From positions 2,752,001-2,816,000 of the forward strand of contig CBDCCI010000002.1 in the NCBI GenBank assembly GCA_965214705.1: 64,000 bases of DNA, written 5' to 3'. Shown here piece after piece: positions 42,249 through 56,100 of this stretch (position 1 is its first letter; every line of letters starts with the position of its first letter). The position numbers were made by a program, and so were the translations under genes. Below the pieces are notes generated by a model that was not told where the DNA came from, did no database searches, and was given only the letters and a program-made list of their open reading frames with translations. Source of the DNA: Alphaproteobacteria bacterium. GTDB lineage: Bacteria > Pseudomonadota > Alphaproteobacteria > UBA828.

Positions 42249-43023
42249 GCGCAAGCCAAGTCAGCGCCGCGATAATTCTTCCCAGCCGTCCCTGCGGCTT
42301 GATGCCGACCGCCTTCAAGGTCATGCCAACGCCGCGCTGAACGTGATCCCGCCGGTAAAGCGGGAGCGTGCGCGCCGCATAAGCGAGGGTGGCGCGTCGG
42401 CGAACGTAGGGATCGGGCTCGCCGGCACCGGAGTGATAGGCGTAGGAGAGCTCGTCGTCGGTCGACTCGAATAGACGGCCGAGCGCCACCTTGGCCCGCG
42501 CAATCCGGCCGACTCCCTCGATATCCCGATAGCGCTTCATGGTGGTGTAGAAGAGCTTGTAATGGCGGAACTCGTCGCCTGCGATCCGCTTGCAGATCGC
42601 CTTGAAGACTGGTTCTTCGGCGGCATCGCGCAGCGCGCTGTAGTAGGTGGACGTGCCGACCTCGACGATACAGCGCGCCACCATCTCGGCGCAGCGGGAA
42701 CCCCGGATCGATTCGCTCGCCTCCACGTCGATGGGATGGCCCGCGACGAAGCGGGCGAAGGTCGCGTCGAAGTCAAACGTGGGGTCCGCGAGCTCGGCAT
42801 AGCGGCGCAGGGCCGCGCCGTGCTGGACCTCCTCCTCCGCCCAGGCGAGAGCATCGGCGCAAAAGCCGGGATCGTCGTGAAACACGCCGCAGAGGTACTT
42901 GCCGTAATCGGCGCTGTGGTGCTCGACCATGCACGCCGCCTTGGCAATCTTGACCATTTCCGGGTCGATCTTCGACCGGTCGAACTGGTCCCACGGAATG
43001 TCGTCAAGGCTCCAGTGGCCCAC
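42160..43023 (-). CDS. Ferritin-like di-iron domain protein
   Basis: [26 protein letters not shown] (two ExxH motifs). Confidence 0.8.
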   Translation of the reverse strand: MGHWSLDDIPWDQFDRSKIDPEMVKIAKAACMVEHHSADYGKYLCGVFHDDPGFCADALAWAEEEVQHGAALRRYAELADPTFDFDATFARFVAGHPIDVEASESIRGSRCAEMVARCIVEVGTSTYYSALRDAAEEPVFKAICKRIAGDEFRHYKLFYTTMKRYRDIEGVGRIARAKVALGRLFESTDDELSYAYHSGAGEPDPYVRRRATLAYAARTLPLYRRDHVQRGVGMTLKAVGIKPQGRLGRIIAALTWLALRLYVRRLVRLRDKETGETQQSPLRRAPA

Positions 43024-43129
43024 GGTCCGCTTCCTGGATTAAGACGATTCGACGAGCCCGCACTATAGCACGCTGGACCCGCACGACGCTAAGGGCGGAA
43101 ACAGGTCCACATCCTGCTTGACGGCTCAT

Positions 43130-43152
43130 AACCTTTATTCAAAATACATCTT
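43130..43152 (+). promoter_or_regulatory. NsrR-type operator upstream of nirK
   Basis: AACCTTTATTC-A-AAATACATCTT: right half matches the AAGATGYATTT-N-AAATRCATCTT consensus, left half 7/11; TTGACG -35 at 43118. Confidence 0.6.
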
Positions 43153-43266
43153 TAAGCGCCCAAGGGTCGTCTCAGCGGCCCATCGAATGGGTTGGGGCAG
43201 GGCCGATCCGCATCCGGGCGCATTGAATACATGCGATGAGGCAACAGCGGATAGGAGGGTACAGCC

Positions 43267-44376
43267 ATGCTACACGTGAACAGACGTGACGTTCTGAAGA
43301 TGGGTGGCGCGCTAGGTGCTGCCTCGGCCGCAACCCCGGTCATGGTGGCGTCGGCCAGCGACGCGGACGTAAGCGGCCTCCCCAGGGTCAAGCAGGAGCT
43401 CGTCGCTCCGCCCTTCGTTCCGGCCCATGAGCAGGTTGCCACGGACGGACCGAAGATCATCGAGGTGGAGCTCACCGCCACCGAGGACAAGCGCGAGATC
43501 GACGACGACGGCACCATGCTCAACACGCTGTCGTTCAACGGCTCTATTCCGGGGCCGCTGATGATCTGCCACGAGGGCGACTACATCGAGCTCACGCTGA
43601 AGAACCCGGCGAGCAACACTTTCGAGCACAACATCGACTTCCACGCGTCGACCGGTGCGCTCGGCGGCGGCGGGCTCACGCTCATCTCGCCCGGCGAGCA
43701 GGTCAAGCTGCGCTGGAAGGCAACCAAGGCCGGCACCTACATCTACCACTGCGCGCCGGGGGGAACGATGATCCCCTTCCACGTCGTCTCCGGCATGAAC
43801 GGGGCGGTCATGGTGCTGCCGCGCGACGGCCTCAAGGACCGTCACGGCAACCCGCTCCGCTACGACCGGGCCTATTACATCGGCGAGCAGGACTTCTACG
43901 TGCCCCGCGACGCCGATGGCGAATTTATCGACTACGCCGACCACACCGAGGGCATGGCCGACATGTTCGACGTGATGCAGACGCTTACGCCAAGCCACGT
44001 TGTGCTGAACGGCCGGGTCGGCGCGCTCACCGGCGACAACGCGATGACGGCGAACGTCGGCGAGTCGGTGCTGTTCATCCACTCCCAGGCGAACCGAGAC
44101 TCCAGGCCGCACTTGATCGGCGGCCACGGCGATTATGTCTGGGAGCAGGGCTCGTTCGTCGATCCGCCGGCGGAAGGCTTGGAGACCTGGTTCATCCGGG
44201 GCGGCTCCGCCGGAGCGGCGCTCTATACCTTCAGGCAGTCAGGGGCCTACGTGTATCTCTCCCACAACCTGATCGAGGCGGTCCAACTCGGCTGTCTCGG
44301 CGTCGTCGTCGTCGAGGGCGAGTGGGACCACGATCTGATGACGCAGGTCCAGCCGCCGACCGTGATGACGGCCTAG
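43267..44376 (+). CDS. nirK: Copper-containing nitrite reductase
   Basis: Tat signal NRRDVLK; [49 protein letters not shown]. Confidence 0.95.
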   Translation: MLHVNRRDVLKMGGALGAASAATPVMVASASDADVSGLPRVKQELVAPPFVPAHEQVATDGPKIIEVELTATEDKREIDDDGTMLNTLSFNGSIPGPLMICHEGDYIELTLKNPASNTFEHNIDFHASTGALGGGGLTLISPGEQVKLRWKATKAGTYIYHCAPGGTMIPFHVVSGMNGAVMVLPRDGLKDRHGNPLRYDRAYYIGEQDFYVPRDADGEFIDYADHTEGMADMFDVMQTLTPSHVVLNGRVGALTGDNAMTANVGESVLFIHSQANRDSRPHLIGGHGDYVWEQGSFVDPPAEGLETWFIRGGSAGAALYTFRQSGAYVYLSHNLIEAVQLGCLGVVVVEGEWDHDLMTQVQPPTVMTA

Positions 44377-44391
44377 ATCCTCCCGCACACT

Positions 44392-44425
44392 GGCTGCTCC
44401 CGGTTCTCCGGGAGCGGCCCATTTC
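44392..44425 (+). terminator. Rho-independent terminator after nirK
   Basis: GGCTGCTCCCGG-TTCT-CCGGGAGCGGCC followed by CATTTCTT. Confidence 0.6.
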
Positions 44426-44494
44426 TTCGTCGGTTAGTTTGAGCTTTCGTAGCACGGGATTCGTAACGGGGCTCGCGGCTCGCGAACGGTCCCC

Positions 44495-44977
44495 CTATCT
44501 CCCGGCCGCACCCGCTCCTTGCGACACGAGTCTGCGCTCTTCCCTGGCCGCGAATATGCGCCGGAACACCGGCGCCGGCTTCAGCATGTCTTCCAACGTG
44601 TACTGATCGAGCACGCTGAAAAAGGCTTGCAGGCCCTCCTCGAGAACCCCGGTCAAGCGACAGGGCCCGGCGATCGGGCACGTGTTCTTCTCCCGACCGG
44701 CGAAGCACTCGACCAGCTGGAAGTTCCCTTCGGTGGCACGGATGATCTCGCCCAGATTGATCTCGCTCGCCGGCATCGCGAGCTCCAGGCCGCCGTTCTT
44801 GCCGCGGGTCGTCGTGATGTATCCCTCCTGACCCAGCTGATGGATCAGCTTCATCAGATGGTTCTCGGAAATGCCGTAGGCATCGGAGATTTCCCGGATC
44901 GTGCAGCGCCGGTGGCGGTTGAGACCCAGATAGATGAGGGCTCTCAAGCAATAGTCGCTGTATTTTGTCAGCTGCAT
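44495..44977 (-). CDS. nsrR: Rrf2-family regulator, NsrR-like
   Basis: MQLTKYSDYCLRALIYL, ISENHLMK, RGKNGGL, three Cys LVECF...CPIAGPCRL. Confidence 0.85.
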   Translation of the reverse strand: MQLTKYSDYCLRALIYLGLNRHRRCTIREISDAYGISENHLMKLIHQLGQEGYITTTRGKNGGLELAMPASEINLGEIIRATEGNFQLVECFAGREKNTCPIAGPCRLTGVLEEGLQAFFSVLDQYTLEDMLKPAPVFRRIFAAREERRLVSQGAGAAGR

Positions 44978-45008
44978 GTAACCGACCTCGTCGATGCCAG
45001 CATCGATC

Positions 45009-45938
45009 TTAGCCGTTGAGCCGTGCTTTGTCCGCCATGTGCTTGGTGTGGCTGGGCCACTCCCGGTAGAGGTCCGCGCGCCGCCGGCGGTCCCGGAATG
45101 TCGGCGCGGCGCCGTTCTCGCGATTCTCGTGGATCCTGTCGAGATCGACCACGCCGCGCACCACGGTCTCGATGTTGGGTTCCGGCGCTTCCGCGACGAC
45201 GCCGTTCGGGGCATCCCACGGGGTGTCACAGGGGCTCAGGATCGAGCTGCGTCCCTAAGGGGACGGCAGCGGCCCGCCCGGCGGGAGCACGGCGCTCCCC
45301 CCGCAGTGAACGACGTACACCTGGTTTTCGATCGCGCGCGCCTGGGCACTGTGGCGGACGCGCCAGAAGCCGTGCTCCGTGAAGGTGAGCGATGGGCACA
45401 GAATGATCTCGGCGCCCTGCTCGGCAAGGCTCGCGGCGCACTCCGGAATCTCGGCCTCGTAGCACACGTTGAATCCGACCTTGGCAAAAGGCAGCTCGAC
45501 CATCTCGATGGTATCGCCCTCTTCGGTCGACCACTGCGCTTCGGCCGGAAAGATATGCGTCTTGTCGTGGCAGTGAATCAGTCCGTCGGGACCGTAGAGG
45601 TAGGCGACGTTGAGGTATCTGCCGTCCTTCCTTTCCAGGTGAGAGCCGGCGACGATGTGCTGCCCCCGCTCCCTGGCCTCGCTTTCGAAGAACCGGCGAT
45701 AGTCCTCCGTATAGTTGGTGTTCCCGTATTCATGAATGCGGGTCAGCTCGGAAACTGGCAGCTCCATCCAGTCCGGAAAGGTCGTGAATAGTTCGATGGT
45801 GAAGAGCTCCGGGAAGAGCACGAGATCGGCGCCCTCTGCCCGGTCCAGCAGCCCGCGTGCGTGCGCCGCGAATTCGTCGAAGCTGCCGATGGGCCTGACA
45901 ACGAACTGGCACGCCGCGATCGATACGCTCCTGGGCAT
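45009..45938 (-). pseudogene. Carbon-nitrogen hydrolase (nitrilase superfamily) with an in-frame TAG at 45255-45257
   Basis: Triad motifs FPELF, DKTH, VCYEAEIPE; the frame continues after the TAG (GRSSILSPCDTPW...DLDRIHENRENG...) to TAA at 45009. Confidence 0.75.
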
Positions 45939-46085
45939 GGCTCAATCTCCTGGGGGGCCCGGCGGTCCGGGTGCCAGTACGGCTAAGGCACGAATTTATG
46001 ATGTAAAAACAGTACTTAACGCGAAATTGGCTTCGTTTTGCAAAAACGTGCTCGCGCACGCGCCGGAGGCCACGCCTCCGGCGGC

Positions 46086-46487
46086 TCAGCCGGCGTTGGC
46101 AGCCAGAAGCTCCGCGAGTTCGACCTCGCGCTCGAACTTCTCGCGTTCCTCATCGCCCTCGGCATCGCGCAAGCGTAGCTGGGCCTGCTCCAGCCGCGCA
46201 TCGGCCTGGGCGCGGTCGATGGCGCCGGCCTCGAACGCCCCGGTGGAGAGCACCGTGCAGCGCTCGCCCGTCACCTCGGCGAAGCCTTCGGCGACCACGT
46301 AGCGGTCCTTGGGCTTCTCGTTCTCGTAGATCTCGATCACGCCGGGCCGGAGCGTGGAGAGCAGCAGCGAATGGCCCGGCAGCACGCCGAAGTCGCCTTC
46401 GGCGCCCGGCACCACCACCATCTCGACGTCGCCGGAGAAGATCAGCCGCTCCGGCGCGACGAGCTCGAACTGCAGGGTGTCGGCCAT
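46086..46487 (-). CDS. atpC: F1 ATP synthase epsilon subunit
   Basis: FELVAPER, PGAEGDFGVLPGH. Confidence 0.95.
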   Translation of the reverse strand: MADTLQFELVAPERLIFSGDVEMVVVPGAEGDFGVLPGHSLLLSTLRPGVIEIYENEKPKDRYVVAEGFAEVTGERCTVLSTGAFEAGAIDRAQADARLEQAQLRLRDAEGDEEREKFEREVELAELLAANAG

Positions 46488-46514
46488 GGCCGTTCCTCGG
46501 GCTCCCGTGCTTGC

Positions 46515-48905
<2,391 letters not shown>

Positions 48906-50435
48906 TTAGGCGAACTTCTTCGAAAACTCGTCGAGGATCGCGGTGAGCGCCTTGTCGCTCTCGTCGCTCATCTCCTGCGAAGCGCGGATCTCCTCTAGGA
49001 GCGTCCCGTGGTTGGCCCGCACCTCGCCCAGGAACTCGCGCTCGAAGCGGTTGACCTCGGTCACCTCGATGCCGTCGAGATAGCCGCGCACGCCGGCGAA
49101 GATGGAGACCACCTGGTCCTCCACCGCCATCGGCGCGAACTGGTCCTGCTTGAGCAGCTCGGTTAGCCGCGCGCCGCGATTGAGCAGCCGCTGTGTCGCC
49201 GCGTCGAGATCGGAGCCGAACTGTGCGAAGGCCGCCATCTCGCGGTACTGGGCCAGCTCCAGCTTGATCCGGCCGGCCACCTGCCGCATCGCCTTCACTT
49301 GGGCCGCGGAGCCCACCCGGCTCACCGAGAGGCCGACGTTAATCGCAGGCCGAATGCCCTGATAGAACAGGTCGGTCTCCAGGAAGATCTGCCCGTCGGT
49401 GATGGAGATGACGTTGGTCGGGATGTAGGCCGAGACGTCGTTGGCCTGGGTCTCGATCACCGGCATCGCGGTGAGCGAGCCCGAGCCGTTGCCCTCGTTC
49501 ATCTTGGCCGCGCGCTCGAGCAGGCGCGAATGCAGGTAGAAGACGTCGCCGGGATAGGCCTCGCGCCCCGGCGGGCGGCGGAGCAGCAGCGACATCTGGC
49601 GGTAGGCCACGGCCTGCTTCGAGAGATCGTCGTAGAAGATCACCGCGTGCATGCCGTTGTCGCGGAAATACTCGCCCATGGTGCAGCCGGCATAGGGGGC
49701 GAGGAACTGCAGCGGCGCGGGCTCCGACGCGGACGCGGAGACGACGATGGAATACTCGAGCGCGTTGTACTCTTCGAGGGTCTTGACGATCTGCGCCACG
49801 GTCGAACGCTTCTGCCCCACGGCGACGTAGATGCAGTAGAGCTTGCGCGACTCGTCGTCGCCGGCGTTCACGTCCTTCTGATTGATGATTGTGTCGATCG
49901 CGACGGCGGTCTTGCCGGTCTGGCGGTCGCCGATGATGAGCTCGCGCTGGCCGCGCCCGATGGGCACCAGCGCGTCGAGCGCCTTGAGCCCGGTCTGCAC
50001 CGGCTCGTGCACCGAGCGGCGCGGGATGATGCTGGGTGCCTTGACCTCGACCCGGCGGCGATCCGCGCCCTCGATCGGGCCCTTGCCGTCGAGCGGATTG
50101 CCGAGCGGGTCCACCACGCGCCCCAGCAGCCCCTTGCCCACCGGCACGTCCACGATGGTGCCGGTGCGCTTGACGATGTCGCCTTCCTTGATGTCGCGGT
50201 CTTCGCCGAAGATCACGATACCGACGTTGTCGGTCTCAAGATTCAGCGCCATCCCCCTGATTCCACCGGGGAATTCGACCATCTCGCCGGCCTGGACGTT
50301 GTCCAGACCGTAGACCCGGGCCACGCCGTCGCCGACCGAGAGTACCTGGCCAACCTCGGCGACATCGGCCTCGGAGCCGAAATTGGCGATCTGTTCCTTC
50401 AGGATTGCCGAAATTTCGGCGGCGCCGATATCCAT
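48906..50435 (-). CDS. atpA: F1 ATP synthase alpha subunit
   Basis: [36 protein letters not shown]. Confidence 0.98.
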   Translation of the reverse strand: MDIGAAEISAILKEQIANFGSEADVAEVGQVLSVGDGVARVYGLDNVQAGEMVEFPGGIRGMALNLETDNVGIVIFGEDRDIKEGDIVKRTGTIVDVPVGKGLLGRVVDPLGNPLDGKGPIEGADRRRVEVKAPSIIPRRSVHEPVQTGLKALDALVPIGRGQRELIIGDRQTGKTAVAIDTIINQKDVNAGDDESRKLYCIYVAVGQKRSTVAQIVKTLEEYNALEYSIVVSASASEPAPLQFLAPYAGCTMGEYFRDNGMHAVIFYDDLSKQAVAYRQMSLLLRRPPGREAYPGDVFYLHSRLLERAAKMNEGNGSGSLTAMPVIETQANDVSAYIPTNVISITDGQIFLETDLFYQGIRPAINVGLSVSRVGSAAQVKAMRQVAGRIKLELAQYREMAAFAQFGSDLDAATQRLLNRGARLTELLKQDQFAPMAVEDQVVSIFAGVRGYLDGIEVTEVNRFEREFLGEVRANHGTLLEEIRASQEMSDESDKALTAILDEFSKKFA

Positions 50436-50436
50436 C

Positions 50437-50994
50437 TCAGATTCCCTTCATCGCCAATTCGAGATTCTGCAACTTTGTCCTGAGCGAGTTGTCGAGCATG
50501 CGCGAGCCGACGCGCACCGTGAGCCCGCCGATCAACGAGGGATCGACGCGGGTCTCGAGCGCCACGTCGCGGCCGACGATGGTGCGGAGCGCGTCCCTGA
50601 CCGCATCCAGATGATTGGGCTTGAGCGGCACGGCGGAGGTGACTTCCGCCGACACCTCGCCCCGGTGGTCGGAGAGCTTCGCCTGAAACGCCGCGATCAT
50701 GTCGGTCAGCAGGAAGACCCGCCGGTTGCGCGCGAGCAGCGCGACGAAGTTCCGGACGTACTGGCTGGTGCCGAGCCGCTCCAGCACCGCGTCCAGGGCC
50801 TTGGCCTGCTCGGCGCGGGAGAGCGTCAGGCTGCGGACGACGCGCTTCAGGTCGTCGCTGCCTTCCACCAGCTCGCGGATGGCCTCGAGGTCGCGCTCGA
50901 TCTCCTCGATCGCGTTGCGCTCCAGGGCGAACTCGAACAACGCGGTCGCGTAACGATCCGCGAGACCGGCTCCGCCGACCGATTGACCAGCCAC
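50437..50994 (-). CDS. atpH: F1 ATP synthase delta subunit
   Basis: [36 protein letters not shown]. Confidence 0.95.
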   Translation of the reverse strand: MAGQSVGGAGLADRYATALFEFALERNAIEEIERDLEAIRELVEGSDDLKRVVRSLTLSRAEQAKALDAVLERLGTSQYVRNFVALLARNRRVFLLTDMIAAFQAKLSDHRGEVSAEVTSAVPLKPNHLDAVRDALRTIVGRDVALETRVDPSLIGGLTVRVGSRMLDNSLRTKLQNLELAMKGI

Positions 50995-51255
50995 CGCTAC
51001 TCCCTAGGTTCGCTTCGGATGCGCCGCGGCGCCCGTTGCCGCCTGCGGCGCGGCCGCAAAAAAAGCCTCGCGGGCGCCCGTCCCGGACAAGGCCGCGGAG
51101 TGGTATCACACTCACCGGGCCCGCGCAACCGCGCGGGGCGCCGGCGGCAGGGTGCTGCCTGCTCCATCGGACTCTGGACTCAACCGCCGAATTACTGCTT
51201 GAAGGGGCGCCGACAACACGACGTATTCAAAGGGAATTCGAGGGAGATCGAGCAC

Positions 51256-51906
51256 ATGTCACTGAAGGACGAGTTGGACAAGCTGCGGGCCGCTTCCGTG
51301 GAGAGGTTTCCACCCGAGACCCTCGCCACCATGCAGGGGGCCACGAAAGACCTCATCGCCTCCGGCATTGCCGAGCAGAGTGCCAAAGAGGGCAGCGCTG
51401 CCCCGGATTTCGCGCTGCCCAACGCCCAGGGCGAGCCGGTGGCCTCCGAGGCGCTGTGGGGGGACGGGCCCGTCGTGGTCTCCTTCTATCGCGGCGGCTG
51501 GTGCCCCTATTGCAACATCGAGCTGAAGGCGCTGCAGGATCGGCTGCCTGAGATCGAAGCGCTCGGCGCGCGCCTGGTCGCGATCTCCCCGGAGACGCCG
51601 GACAACGCGCTCACCACCCAGGAGAAAAACGAGATCGGCTTCGAGGTGTTGAGCGACGATGGCAACCAGGTGGCGAGCGCCTTCGGCCTCACCTTCCGCC
51701 TGCCGGATCAGGTCAACGACCTCTACAAGGGGTTCGGTATCGACCTGGAGACCTCCAACGGCGAGGCGAGCCAGACCCTGCCGGTGCCGGCGACCTTCGT
51801 GATCGGCAAGGGCGGCAAGGTGCTCAAGGCCTTCGTCGATGCCGATTACACCAGGCGGGCCGAGCCGGACGAGGTCATCGCGGCGTTGAAGGGAGCGGAC
51901 GAGTAG
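51256..51906 (+). CDS. AhpC/TSA peroxiredoxin-like protein
   Basis: [36 protein letters not shown]. Confidence 0.9.
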   Translation: MSLKDELDKLRAASVERFPPETLATMQGATKDLIASGIAEQSAKEGSAAPDFALPNAQGEPVASEALWGDGPVVVSFYRGGWCPYCNIELKALQDRLPEIEALGARLVAISPETPDNALTTQEKNEIGFEVLSDDGNQVASAFGLTFRLPDQVNDLYKGFGIDLETSNGEASQTLPVPATFVIGKGGKVLKAFVDADYTRRAEPDEVIAALKGADE

Positions 51907-51931
51907 CCCGGACTTGCGACAGGAGGTCACC

Positions 51932-52318
51932 GTGTTGAAGACGTACAACCCGTCCGATATCGCGCCGCCATTCGGCCACTACGACCACGGCGTCGAAGCC
52001 GTCAACGTCTCGCGCCTGCTGCACGTCTCGGGGCAGATCGGTGTCGAGCCGGACGGCACCGTGCCCGAAGACGTGGCGGCGCAGATCGAATGCGTCTGGC
52101 GCAACATCGAGGCCGTGCTCGCCGAAGCGGGCATGACCACCGGCAACATCGTGCGGACCATCACATACATGCTGGACGCCGACTACGTGCCGCTGCTCGC
52201 TGCCGCGAGAAAGCAGCACCTCGGCGCCGACCACAAGGCCGCATCGAGCACCATCGTCGTGGCCGGTCTGGTGCGGCCCGAATGGAAGGTGGAGATCGAC
52301 GCTGTCGCCGTGGCCTGA
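51932..52318 (+). CDS. RidA/YjgF family protein
   Basis: PPFGHY, LHVSGQIG, ASSTIVVAGL..PEWKVEIDAVA; AGGAGG RBS. Confidence 0.88.
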   Translation: MLKTYNPSDIAPPFGHYDHGVEAVNVSRLLHVSGQIGVEPDGTVPEDVAAQIECVWRNIEAVLAEAGMTTGNIVRTITYMLDADYVPLLAAARKQHLGADHKAASSTIVVAGLVRPEWKVEIDAVAVA

Positions 52319-52345
52319 ACGCTAGACCGCGCCCGCCCGCCCCGC

Positions 52346-53107
52346 TCACGTCCTGATGATGTAGTGGAGCACGATATAGGGCGGCATGTTGTCGTGGGCC
52401 TGGCCGCCGCCCACGGCGGCGCTGCGGCCGAGGGTGGCGTCCAGGCTGCTGCCCTGCAGGCTGTACTTCTCGTCGAAGGCCTGCTGCGGCGAGTAGTCGG
52501 CGGCAACCTGCTCGGTTGCCGTCACCAGCGGGCCGATGCCGACGTTCTCGTCGGCCGCCAGGTGGTGGAAGTGCTCGGGCAGTTCGTCGACCGTGAGCGT
52601 GTGCTCTGCCGCGCCGCCGGTATCGCCAAAGGCATAGACATTGCCGGACGAAAGCACGAAGCGGTCGCGCAGGTCGGGAATGTTGAAGGTGGTCACGCCG
52701 TCGCCGGTACCGTAGCGGGTGCCGATGGCGGCGAACAGATTGGCGAAGGTGGTGCGGCTGATGGCGCTGCCGGTGCACCGGAACCAGCCGCTGGGCGAGC
52801 TCGCACCGGCGTTCAGCATGATCGTGCCGGGCGGCACGCCGGCCACCGGCGCCGGTTGCGGCGGAAGCTGCGCGCTCGGCACACGGCCGGAGCCGTCGAG
52901 CGAGGCGACGCCGCCTGCGACGCCACGGCCGAGCTCGGAATCCGGCACGCGGCGGCGGGAATCGAGCGCGGCCACGCCATCGACGTTGCCGCGCGCCTGA
53001 ATCATGGTCCTGATGTGCTGGAACACCTTGAAGAACTCCGCACGGGGCGGGCGGTCCTGATCCGAGTTGACGCCGGCAGTCGAAATATCGTCCGGGGGCC
53101 AGGGCAT
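52346..53107 (-). CDS. Phage tail fibre protein with tail collar domain
   Basis: VPPGTI...PSGWFRCTGSAISRTTFANLFAAIGTRYGTGDGVTTFNIPDLR, HDNMPPYIVLHYII; two GVAxLD...RVP repeats. Confidence 0.88.
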   Translation of the reverse strand: MPWPPDDISTAGVNSDQDRPPRAEFFKVFQHIRTMIQARGNVDGVAALDSRRRVPDSELGRGVAGGVASLDGSGRVPSAQLPPQPAPVAGVPPGTIMLNAGASSPSGWFRCTGSAISRTTFANLFAAIGTRYGTGDGVTTFNIPDLRDRFVLSSGNVYAFGDTGGAAEHTLTVDELPEHFHHLAADENVGIGPLVTATEQVAADYSPQQAFDEKYSLQGSSLDATLGRSAAVGGGQAHDNMPPYIVLHYIIRT

Positions 53108-53115
53108 GATGCCTC

Positions 53116-56100
53116 CTATGCTTCGACGCCGCGCACGACGACATCGACCACGGCGTCGGCCGGGTTGCCGGCGCCGTCATAGATGCGGATGCGCGTCGGG
53201 TTGTTCTTGCTCACGAGGGTCCAGGTCCAGCCGGCGCCCACCGATTGCAGGGTGATGTCGAGGTCGGTCACGAGGCCGAGATCGTGCGGCACGATGCGTC
53301 CGTCCGCCGCCGTGCCCTGCCAGGCCGAGGTATCGCGGTCGAGCAGCTTGCGCTCGGCCGCCGGCGCGTGCACCGACCAGCACACGTGATCGAGGCTGAG
53401 CACGATCGAGCCGTCGCCGGTGATCCGCCAGCGCACCTGCAGCCAGCGCGCGGCGACGGTGGTGCCGGCGGGATAGGCGGCCCATGCGGCGGCCCGGAGC
53501 GCGGCCTCCGTCGCGCCGGCGCGGACCTCGAAGACGCGATCGCCTGCGGTCTCGCCGGACCAGCGCAGTGCCACGTCGAAGGGGCCGCCAAGGTCAATCG
53601 GGTCTTCGGTGTAGATCAACTCCGTTCCCGCGTCCGCGCCGTTGCCGGCGCCCCACGACTGCCAGTCGGCCCAGGTGGTGAGATCGGCCCAGGTGTAGTC
53701 GCCGATGCCCTCAAGCGCGTCGGCGCCGTCTTGCGAGCGGCCTGCGCCGGCGATGGTGCCGGGCCAGCCGGTGGCGGCGGGGCAGCGCCAGAGCAGGGCG
53801 TCGCCGAGCCGCTGCGGGCCGAGCTCGGCCAGGATGCGCACCTCGTCCGATAGCCGCCCGCCCGCGTCGATCGCGCGGGCCGAGAATATCCACTCCCCCG
53901 GCGGCGGCTCGACGGTCTCAAGCGGAGACGCGGTGAGGTGGCCCCGGTGCAAGGGCATCATGGCCTGCCAAGTCGGTACCGCGGGCGTTCCGCCCGACGT
54001 CACCTGCGCGCCGGCGCTGGCCGGGGCGAAGCGGATCAGCACGCCGGCGAGGTCGATATCGTCCGGCGGGGTCCAGCGCAGGCGCCGGGTGCCGTCGCCG
54101 AGCACGTCGATCAGGAAGTTGGTGGGCGTGCCGGGGGGCGCGAGGGAGCCTGTGATCTCATGGCTTGCGGTGAACGGCGCGCCGGACGGCGCGGCCTCGG
54201 TGCCGGGCGTGACGGTGACGGTGAGCGAGCCGGTGGGCGGCGCCAGCCAATAGGCCGCCGTCTCGCCGTCGACCAGGCGGGCCACGACGCGCGGCGGCTC
54301 GCCGTTCACGGAAGCGCGCACCGCGCCGCCGCGCCAGTCGCCGGCGACGGTGAGCGCCGCCTCGATCTCGACCGCGAAGCCGGCGCCGACGCGCACCAGG
54401 GTCTCGGCAAGGGCGATATCGAGGACGCGGGGCGGGCGCGGGGTCAGGCCCGGGAAGGGCGCCGAGAGATCGGCGGTGGCGGCGTCGTAGTAGGCCGCCA
54501 CCTCGTCGATCGCGACGAAGCGGACGTGCCGATCGCCGCTCGGGCGCACGGCGATGATGCGCGCACGCGCCGGCAGCAGCGTGTCGTCGTAGAGCCGCCA
54601 CAGGATATCGCGCGCATTCGCGCCGTCGGCGCCGGGCGCGGCCGGCAAGGGCGTCGCCAGCACCAGCTCGGCCACGTCGCCGGCTTCTCCCGGCGGGCGC
54701 GAGACCGCCGAATGATGCAGCGTGCCGTCGAGCAGGCGCAGGAGCAGTGTCGCGCCTGCTCCGGTGCCGAGATCGACCGCGCGATCGAGGCGGACGCGAT
54801 CGGCGCTGCCCCCGGCGAGCCGGCCGGCGGCGCCGCCGTCGATCAGCGAATGCGTGATCGTCACCACGTCGCCGCGCGCGAGCGAAAGCCCCTCGGCCGC
54901 CATCTCCCATGTGAGCCGGCGGCGGTGGTAGACCTGGCGGGCGGCCTGGAGGTTGCAGGCCATCGCCGCCTGCGCGCGATCGGTGACGCCCAAGAGCGTG
55001 ATCGTCGCCGTGCTCGCGGGATGCGCGCCTACGTTCGGCACGGTGCGCCGCAGCGTGTTGTACTGCCAGTCGAGGCCGGGCTCGATATAGCGCACCGCGA
55101 CCTCCTCGGCCGCCGCGCCAGTGGCGTACTCCACACGGAACGAGCCGGCGACGATGTTGCCCGGCGTCACCAGCGCCGTCGCAGGCCGCCCGGCCTGATC
55201 CCAGATCACGCCGAGCCTGCCGGTCTGCCAGGTCACGGCAGCGCGCCCGCAGCGGACGATCAGAGTCAGCACCTCGGCATGGGAAAGCGCGCGGTCGAGC
55301 ACGAAGTCGCAGCGCAGCCCTTGCGCCTGGCACCAGGCGCCCCATTCGATCAGGGCCTCGTCGTCGATCCGGCCGGGCGCGAGGCCGAGGCCGGCGGCCA
55401 GGCGGCCGGCGATGCGCACGCCCCGCGCATACCAGCGGAACAGGTAAGCCGGATTGGACGAGGGCAGCGGCGCGGTCCAGCGCATACCATCCCACGTCGG
55501 CACCCTTTGGCGCACGATGGCGGAAAGGCGATCGAGGCGGCCGGTGAGCTGCCCGGAGGCGCGGATGCGCACGCCGAGCCGGGTCTGCCCCTCATAGTCG
55601 GCCTCGTCCGGCTGATAGGAGCGCAACGCCGTCCAGGCGAGATCGTCGAAAGTGCGCTCGTCGGTGCTGGGGTCGTTCGTGCGGCGCACGCGCACGGTCC
55701 AGTCTCGGGCGCTGCCCAGGTCATAGGCGAGGGTGCGCCTGAGCAGGGTTTGGCGATCGTGCGTGAGCGTGAGCGTGCGCCGCTCGACCGCCAGACCCGG
55801 CGCGTCCCACTCGATCTCGATCTCGACGCTATGGCCCTGAATCGCGCCGTCACGCTCGTTCACGCGAAAGAGGCGCCCGCCAAGGTCGATTCCGATGCGG
55901 TGCGTGCCGGGGGCGGTGGCGCGCTCGACGAAGGCGGTATCGTCCAGCGCCGCGCCGGCCTCGGTGTCCACATTGCCGGCGACCAGCGCGATGCGGCCTT
56001 GCGCGTCGCCGAACTCGGTTTGCACCTCCTCGAAGGCGTCGAGCGTCGTGTCGCCGATCTTGAGCGCGTCCACGTCGAGCGCGCCGAGGCCGAAGTTGAA

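Noticed and set aside
43118-43131. FNR/NnrR box upstream of nirK (TTGACGGCTCATAA)
   Set aside because: Poor match to TTGAT-N4-ATCAA; better read as a -35 next to the NsrR-like site
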